A stretch of 64,000 bases of DNA from Octopus bimaculoides (lineage: Eukaryota). Each line of letters starts with the position of its first letter. The first letter of the stretch is position 1. Made by a program: the position numbers and the translations under genes. The notes below the pieces were generated by a model. The model made no database searches and was not told the DNA's origin. It saw only the letters and a list, made by a program, of their open reading frames with translations. The stretch covers positions 158,277-222,276 of the forward strand of contig NC_068988.1 of NCBI RefSeq assembly GCF_001194135.2. The letters run 5' to 3'. Below, piece by piece: positions 1 to 64,000 of this stretch.

Positions 1-400
1 TATGCATATGTATGTGTATATATATATGCATATATATATATGCATATGTATGTATGTATATGCATATATATATATGCATATGTATGTATGTATATGCATA
101 TGTATGTATATGCGTATGTATGTATATGCATATGTATGTATATATATATATGCATATGTATGTATATATATATGCATATGTATGTATATATATATGCATA
201 TGTATGTATATATATGCATATGTATGTATATATATATGCATATGTATGTATATATATGCATATGTATGTATGTATATATATATGCATATGTTTGTGTATA
301 TATATATATATATATATATGCATGTGTGTATGCATATGTATATATATGTTTGCATATATGTATCTATGCATATATATATGTATATGTATGTATGTATCTC
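1..400. repeat. Compound (AT)n/ATGC/ATGT microsatellite
   Basis: Irregular iterations of tatatgcatatgtatg; source of the first three spurious ORFs. Confidence 0.95.
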
Positions 401-683
401 ATACTGATAGGTTAAATGTTACACATAATCTATAATTTAAGCAAAACATAAATTTATGGATATAGAATTTGTTGAATATTAATATAGTAATAATAATATT
501 GTTGCACACATCTGAGCAATGACCTTTTTCAACAACCACTTCTTCCAAATGTCCTGAAGTGTTGTGGGGAGGGGGAGTGTATAAAAATACAAGGTGAAAC
601 TGCAACTTTGTTCTGTTTTCTTTTCCTTTTATAGTTTACTTTATATGTTCTCGCATTGTTCCAGACTTACACAACAACCTTCT

Positions 684-725
<42 letters not shown>

Positions 726-1034
726 TTTTACAGTTGGTTGCAGCTTGTGGATGTGAACTAGTAGTATGATGCTAACACTAGTGCTACTCTTCTCACAATT
801 ATATTTCTCAGATTTGATTCAAACTGTCTTTGGTATTGGTTTATAAATTATTTTGGTAAGTTGTCCAGTCCTTAATTTATCTTGGGTGGAAAACTTCTCT
901 TCTGACTCCATGCTGAGCACTCCTAAAAAAAAAACAACATAGTAATCTCTTGAAGAGTCTTGAAAGAACTTGTTTGGGTTGGTTAGGAGCTTTTAATGGG
1001 GGAATTACAGCATCTCCCTATCTCTTAGCTTTTC

Positions 1035-1413
1035 TCCTACTTGTGTCAGTCTTTGGACTGCAGCAATGCTGAGGCATTGTCCTGAAGGGTTTTAGTCAAA
1101 CAAATTGACTCCAGCACTTATTTAAATCTGCTACTCATTCTACAAGCCTCTTTTGTCAAACTGCTAAGTTATGAGGATGTAAACAAACCAACACTCTTTG
1201 TCAAGTAGTGGAGAAAGGACATAGACCAATATGTGTGCACACACACACTATGGACTTCCATTTAGTTTCCATCTACCAGATTCACTCTCAAAGCATTAGC
1301 TGACCTGGAGCTATAGTAAAAGACATCTGCCCCAGGGTGCCATTCAGTGTGATTGAACCTGAACCGTTGTGATTACAAAGCAAGTTTCTCAACCTCACAG
1401 CTATGTCTGCACC
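1035..1413 (-). mobile_element. SINE family A (tRNA-like head, CORE-like ccttgggcaagtg segment), degenerate
   Basis: Reverse-complement similarity to the copies at 54998 and 61030. Confidence 0.75.
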
Positions 1414-2080
1414 TTGTATAAAAAAAGCACCTAGTCCATTCTGTAAAGTGGTTGGCATTAGGAAGGGCATCCAGCCATAGAACACCATGCCAAGGCAGAC
1501 AACTGGCGCCTGGTGCAGCCCTCTGGCTTGTCAGCTCCGGTCAAACTATCCAACCCATGCCAGCATGGAAGATGGACGTTAAATGATGATGATTTATAAG
1601 TGATGGTTATCTAATATAATTAACTGTTAAATTCTGAGCCTTTGGAAATGGTCATTAACAATCTCTATAAATGAAACAAAATTTTCGGGAGCTTTTTTGA
1701 TAGTTACAAAGTTTTTTTGAGAGGTGCCAGCAGCTTCTAACTCTGTGCTGTTGAAAAATTGTCTGGTGTTTCTTTCACATCTAATCATCTTTTTGCCCTC
1801 TGCTCAGCTGTCTTCATCCTGGGCATCTACTTACTAGCATGCAACCACTCTCACAACTCTGAAGCACCAAATCCTTTGGGGATTGTTTTCTTCTGGGGTG
1901 ACTGAGACTATAGCAGTCTTTGGCTGAGTCGTGCATGCAAACACGCTTGACCAAACTCCATTCTTTTGAATGCACCCATAAGTACCATATCCATTTGTTT
2001 CTTTCATCTTTCCTTAACTCTGTTGACATTCTAAAACTCACTCAACCCCATCAGCTCAACCCTGACCCTTCTCTTTAAAT

Positions 2081-2439
2081 CAGGGGTTGGCAAAGTGGTT
2101 AGTATTCCCTCCTAGGGGGTCTGTAGTTATCCATGAGTTCGATAAACACCTGAAATGATTTTGAGCATTAAGGGCACTGGCTTGATAAAGATACAACATG
2201 ACTATATTTTTATAGTTCTTTATTAATTTCGCTAAGCATTTTCATAAAATTTCTTTAAATATTTCTTATTAAAAAAGCAAAAACAAAAAAGACTGAAGGA
2301 TTTATTGCTTTTAAATCATGAAATTTTTTTATTGATTATCCTTGAAGATTCTATTTTAGAAATTTATATGATAGAGGTCAATAAGTTATCAACAATTCCC
2401 TGTAGGGGGTCAAAGAGATAACAAGTTTGCCAACCCCTG
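2081..2439. mobile_element. hAT-type MITE
   Basis: 14-bp TIR CAGGGGTTGGCAAA / TTTGCCAACCCCTG with 8-bp flanks ctttaaat / gtttaaat (7/8 match). CAG termini and an 8-bp TSD are hAT hallmarks. Confidence 0.8.
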
Positions 2440-3858
2440 GTTTAAATCCAACTTTTTTGTACTCCTTCTATTCTTGTGTTGTGTCTCTTTAAAAATGTAA
2501 TGAACTTTACTTTTCAGAATTTGTTGATAATACTCTGTCTTCATTTAAAGAAATAATGAATCCCATTTGTCTCTCGTTACTCATCGATCCTTTTTAAGAT
2601 CGTTTATGAAATATCAAATGCTGTACATTGCATCGTTAAGATGATGCTTACTTTTTGATTATACCCGTCTGCTGTGATTTTCCCATTGATACAACATTAT
2701 AGAAATAGAAACAATTTAAATAACCACCTCTCGGCACTTGGTTGATTCTGTCTTTCTTCAACAAGACTTTTTAATTTTGAAATTTGCTTGAGCATGTAAT
2801 TACTAATGGTTACTTACTGATAATGACATTCAAAGATGCTGAAATCTAGAATTAGCAATTCCATTGCTGTTGCTGGATGCTTTCTGTCTACTCAGGAATA
2901 TATTTCTGTGCCTTTTAGCACTCTGCATCCATACAAGATGCTTTCTCAAGACAAATATCACTTTTTTTCTTGGCTTTTTACAGTATATCTATATTAACTA
3001 AGATATACAGAATGCTATTTTGAATGCTTCCATTGCTAATAATGGTATATAATAAATATGTGTGTGCCTACCAGAACAGAATGGAGATCCTAAAACAACG
3101 GTGCCATGTAAAAAGCTTTGGTCATGGTACCATGTAAAAAGCACCCAGTACACTCTGTAAAGTGGTTGGAGCTAGGAAGGGCATCAGGCCATAGAAACCA
3201 AGCCAAAACAGACTATGGAACCAAGTGTGGCCCCTGACATAGCTGTCCAACACATACCAGCAGAGGAAACAGATGTTAAATGATGATGATGTATTATATG
3301 TGGCTGTATTTTATATATTTATATATATTAGACAAGTTTCATAAACTGCAAAATATAAATATCCACACGACCACACTTGAAACGTACCTTTTATAACTCC
3401 TCATCTCAATTTGAATGTACATGAAAGTATTTAGGATGCCCAAACTTATTTCTGCAGATGTGCTTAGCACTGATGCTGATCAGTTTAATCAATAAGTGTA
3501 GGAGCACTAAAAATAGTGGGGTCAGTGGGGCCTCATTTAAGCGGCACTTCAGGAATTGAACCTCCTTACAATACTCCCTGAGAGTTCATGCTATGAAATT
3601 CATTATCATTGCTCCAATTTGGTCACCAATGCCACATATTTAGTTTAAAATGCTCTAAAAATAGAGGGGATCCCAAAATAGGTGGCCCTTAAAAAAGTAG
3701 ACCCCTTTAGGACGTCTCCTCAAGTAAACACCTGGATTATCTGATCCCTTCTCTCTTGCTACCCCCCACCACCACCACCACACACATACACTGTGCTTAT
3801 GCATAGTCATAACAGTTTATCTATAGACATAGAAACGGTGTTGATTTGATGGTCTTAA

Positions 3859-4061
3859 TCCTTCTTTCGTGTTCACATATTTTTGAATTAATCGTGCCTT
3901 ACCTTGCAGCTTCAAATCTCATAGCTTCAAGATTTTGATAATATAATTGTTTATTTTTAGAGTGACATTGTAGGGTAGGTGTGAAAAGTTGGATCTGGCC
4001 AGTTTGAATGCAAAGCCAGTAAAATATTCAGTCTGGATTGAACAGTTTAAATGCTAAAGGG
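3859..4061. mobile_element. piggyBac-type MITE, family 2 (degenerate)
   Basis: Bounded by TTAA, right end ...ctaaaggg-TTAA; homologous in reverse to 61965-62171. Confidence 0.55.
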
Positions 4062-4231
4062 TTAAGCTGTAACGAATGAAAAAGTTTATCCTGATAACGC
4101 TGCTGTGTTATAAGGACAAACTTTAACTTACCTTATTTTTAGATTAATTCTGAAATGTTCAAAATTCCTTTAAATTTAAATAAATTATCTATACCTGTGT
4201 AAATCCAATTTTCTGTTATTTTTCTCTTTAG

Positions 4232-60268
<56,037 letters not shown>

Positions 60269-60732
60269 GTAGGTATCTGCTTCTTTGATTATTATTATTA
60301 TTATCTGAATCCAAACTGTGTGTGTATGTGTGTATATANNNNNNNNNNNNNNNNNNNNNNNNNNNNNNNNNNNNNNNNNNNNNNNNNNNNNNNNNNNNNN
60401 NNNNNNNNNNNNNNNNNNNNNNNNNNNNNNNNNNNNNNNNNNNNNNNNNNNNNNNNNNNNNNNNNNNNNNNNNNNNNNNNNNNNNNNNNNNNNNNNNNNN
60501 NNNNNNNNNNNNNNNNNNNNNNNNNNNNNNNNNNNNNNNNNNNNNNNNNNNNNNNNNNNNNNNNNNNNNNNNNNNNNNNNNNNNNNNNNNNNNNNNNNNN
60601 NNNNNNNNNNNNNNNNNNNNNNNNNNNNNNNNNNNNNNNNNNNNNNNNNNNNNNNNNNNNNNNNNNNNNNNNNNNNNNNNNNNNNNNNNNNNNNNNNNNN
60701 NNNNNNNNNNNNNNNNNNNNNNNNNNNNNNNN

Positions 60733-60774
<42 letters not shown>

Positions 60775-60827
60775 ATCATCATCATCATCATCATCGTTTA
60801 ACGTCCGCTTTCCATGCTAGCATGGGT

Positions 60828-60859
<32 letters not shown>

Positions 60860-61029
60860 TATATACATCATGTTGGACCGTTGTTATTTAACTGGTGTTT
60901 GGGACATAAATTAACATGCAATTTTGACGAAAAGTTTTTAATTTAAATAATTTTAGGATAGTAAGTTTGTATCAGAAGACCAAGGTCAGTTGTGGGCAGG
61001 TTGGTATCAAATGTGTTAAACATTCAAAC

Positions 61030-61405
61030 AGGCGCAGGAGTGGCTGTGTGGTAAGTAGCTTGCTTACCAACCACATGGTTCTGGGTTCAGTCCTACTGCA
61101 CGGCACCGTGGGCAAGTGTCTTTTATTCTAGCCTCGGGCCGACCAAAGCCTTGTGAGTGGATTTGGTAGACGGAAACTGAAAGAAGCTTGTCATATGTTT
61201 GTGTGTCTGTGTTTGTCCCCCCCCCCAACATTGCTTGACAACTGATGCTGGTGTGTTTATGCCCCCTTAACTTAGCGGTTCGGCAAAAGGAATCGATAGA
61301 ATAAGTACTAGGCTTACAAAGAATAAGTCCTGGGGTCAATTTGTTCGACTAAAGGTAGTGCTCCTGTATGGCCGCAGCCAAATGACTGAAACGAATAAAA
61401 GAAAA
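61030..61405 (+). mobile_element. SINE family A
   Basis: Full-length, very similar to the 54998 copy. Confidence 0.9.
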
Positions 61406-61964
61406 TAATAAAAGAAAAAACCTCATCTTCATCATCATCATTTAACATCCATCTTCCTTGCTGGTATGGTTTGGGCAGTTTGTCAGGAGCTGGGAAGGCT
61501 GGTGGAGGGGGGTGGGGTACATTAGGCTCCATTGTCTGTTTTGGCATGGTTTCTCTAGCCAGAAGCCCTTCCTAATGCCAACTACGCTACAGTGTGTAGG
61601 GGTCACTTTTTACGTGACACCAGCACCAAGAGAGTCGCTGAGTAACATGCAAGACAAAACCCCATCAGCTAGGAGAAGGGAGCAGTAGAGAGGGTGGTGG
61701 TTTTGTGCCAGTTGATGAGAAAACAAAGAATGTTACTTTGAGTTCTGTTTTCACAGTAGGGGAGTCATAACACAACTGGCCAAAAGTTTGTAATGCATTG
61801 GTGGCACTGCACAATGTCTTTGGTAAACTGAGTCAGCCGAGCGTGGCTCAGTATACCTAGTTTTAAATAGTTTTCCTTAGGGAGAAGTGGGCATTTAAAC
61901 AATAATTATATGCACATATATACATATATTCATCTTGGAAAACGAATTTAATCTTGGACATTAA

Positions 61965-62171
61965 CCCATTAACAGTTAGCCACATCAGGCCAGGATATTT
62001 GTACATGTTTTATGTTCTTATCAGCCTGGTCTAGCCTCTCACACCCATTCTACAATGTCATTTTGAATGTAAACAATCCCATCATCAAAATCTCAAAGCC
62101 ACGAGATAATGTGTGAGTAATTCAAAACAATGTTAATAAATATTTGGCAGTTTAATCTGGATGCTAAAGGA
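61965..62171. mobile_element. piggyBac-type MITE, family 2
   Basis: TTAA-CCC...AGGA-TTAA (61961-64 / 62172-75); reverse homolog at 3859-4061. Confidence 0.6.
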
Positions 62172-63099
62172 TTAACATGTAAGCATTTGCCTGGCTCTTT
62201 CTAGGCCAACCACTTTGTTGTAATAAAAGACAGAAAAGCTTGAAATTCACAAAATCCTGGCTCAAGTTTCATTTTGTTCCTCAGATACTGTCTGTTGCTT
62301 CCATATTCTCCCAAACTATCATTGTCACAATAGAGCTACTCCCCTACTATGATACATCTCCTATTCTTTCCCTGATTATTAGGATATATCTATTGTCCTA
62401 CACTGTTACAATAGTGCTACTCCCCCGCTATGCTAGTTACAAAACTGTTAACCTATAATGTTTATTAGGAAAGAGAGAGCTACTCCTTTTCCATTTCGAC
62501 TACAGTAGAGCTACTCCTTATTATATTTGTTATAATAGTGCTGCTAACCTACTTCAGCCACCTAGTGGAGAATCATTCCTAAGATTTTATTACTGTTAAC
62601 TTGATATTCAGTGATAGTGTAAAATAGAAGTGTTACATCACGCTGAATCATATATGACTGTCTTTCTCATGTCCACGACCACCACCGCCACCATTCACAG
62701 TATTGCAGTTAGACGGATGATTCACAGGAAATCAAATGCTGAACAGCTGTTCGGTTTATTAGCAACATTACTGATCAAGTAATAATTTAATGAAAGGAGG
62801 AAGTTGCTAATTAACTGAACGAATAAAATGCTAGACTAAATATTTCACAGTATTAATTTGAATAATTCTGTAGTCCCGATTCAGAGACAACAAAACAAGT
62901 TCTTTCCCCTTTTCTTTCTTTCTTTTCTTCTCTTTGATATATATTTATATGTAAGCATAATCGCATGAAGTCATTATAATTGCATCATTAATTAATAATT
63001 GTTGATTTTTTTTCAATGTATCTTTTACTTTATTTACATAGTTTCTTTTTTTTTTATTGAAATGTTTCTTTTATTTTTTATCTTTTATTTTCTTATTTG

Positions 63100-63283
63100 G
63101 TTTCAGTCATTAGACTGTGGCCATGCTGGGGCACCGCCTTGAAGAATTTATTAGCTGAATGAATTGACTCCAGGGCTTATTATTTTTTTTAAGCTTGGTA
63201 CTTATTCTATTGGCCTGTTTTGCCGAACCACTAAGTTACAGGGACATAAACACACCAACACCGGTTGTCAAGCAGCAGTGGGA

Positions 63284-63321
<38 letters not shown>

Positions 63322-63470
63322 ATGAGTTTCTTTCAGTTTCTATCTACCAAATCCACTGACAAGGCTTTGGTTTGCCTGCAACTATATTAGAAGACATTTG
63401 CCCAAGGTGCCACACAGTGAGATTGAACCCAGAACCAAGTGGCTGGGAAGCAACTTTTGATACCAACATA
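63100..63470 (-). mobile_element. SINE family A
   Basis: Near full-length reverse copy. Confidence 0.85.
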
Positions 63471-64000
63471 TCAACCTGTCTGATGCCGTCACCCATTCTT
63501 TTATACAAACTTCCTGTTTAAAATGATCGAAGTCAAAGCCTATCAAATTTTTTATGTTAATTTATGTTCCAAACACCATCTCAATAATGACAGTCTGATG
63601 CGGTCCCTGGCCATGTCAGTTCTTGTCAAGCTATCCAACCCATGCCAGCATGGAAAACTGATGTTAAATGATGATGCTGTGTAAGTCATTGAGCAAAGAT
63701 TTCCATATAAGCCAGCTATTCTGTCTTCAGAGAAGAAGCGTCGAGGAATATCCTTTATAAAGGATGTTAGTCATTTCCAGTTGCATCTTTGAAGAATCAA
63801 GGAATATCTTTGATAAATATATTCTCCATAATTAAGTTCTTTTAGCAAGAGGTCAAAGAACTTGCGTTAAACTGGCAAACATTGAACATAGACAAAGTAG
63901 ATATGGATTAAGCAAGGCAGATGGAAGTTCCTAGTTATGAGTTGCTTATAATGCATCTATATTTATATATTTTGTCAAGACAAGAGGAAGACACACACAC

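Noticed and set aside
2-435. 137-, 131- and 131-aa ORFs rich in M/Y/I/C
   Set aside because: Translations of an AT/GT microsatellite; the same applies to the HTHT, YIYI, LSLS and RERE ORFs throughout.

Overview
AT-rich, microsatellite-dense animal genomic DNA with ten N-gaps (about 2.7 kb). The repeat landscape looks octopod (coleoid cephalopod); this is an inference from the SINE/RTE families and cannot be proven here. The only host gene is the 5' part of an OSBPL9/ORP9 oxysterol-binding-protein gene on the + strand. It has eight GT-AG exons of 51, 79, 77, 93, 78, 51, 91 and 120 nt at 4232-60268, which splice in frame and encode the PH domain, a coiled-coil segment and a linker. The first exon and the ORD lie outside the window. 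The introns hold tRNA-headed SINEs, RTE LINE fragments and their (GAT)n tails, an R4/Dong-like fragment, Tc1 and mariner/maT fragments, hAT and piggyBac MITEs, Helentron-like elements and solo LTRs. Nearly all entries in the ORF track are microsatellite or gap artefacts. The most notable structure is a ~760-bp palindromic element at 58666-59426. It consists of two divergent tRNA-like Pol III heads, each followed by a tail carrying a Penelope-type minimal hammerhead ribozyme motif, and the copy on the gene's sense strand has an intact core. A near-perfect ~100-bp hairpin is nested inside it. Also notable is a genomic Arg codon at the conserved PH-domain Gly that one A-to-I edit would restore.
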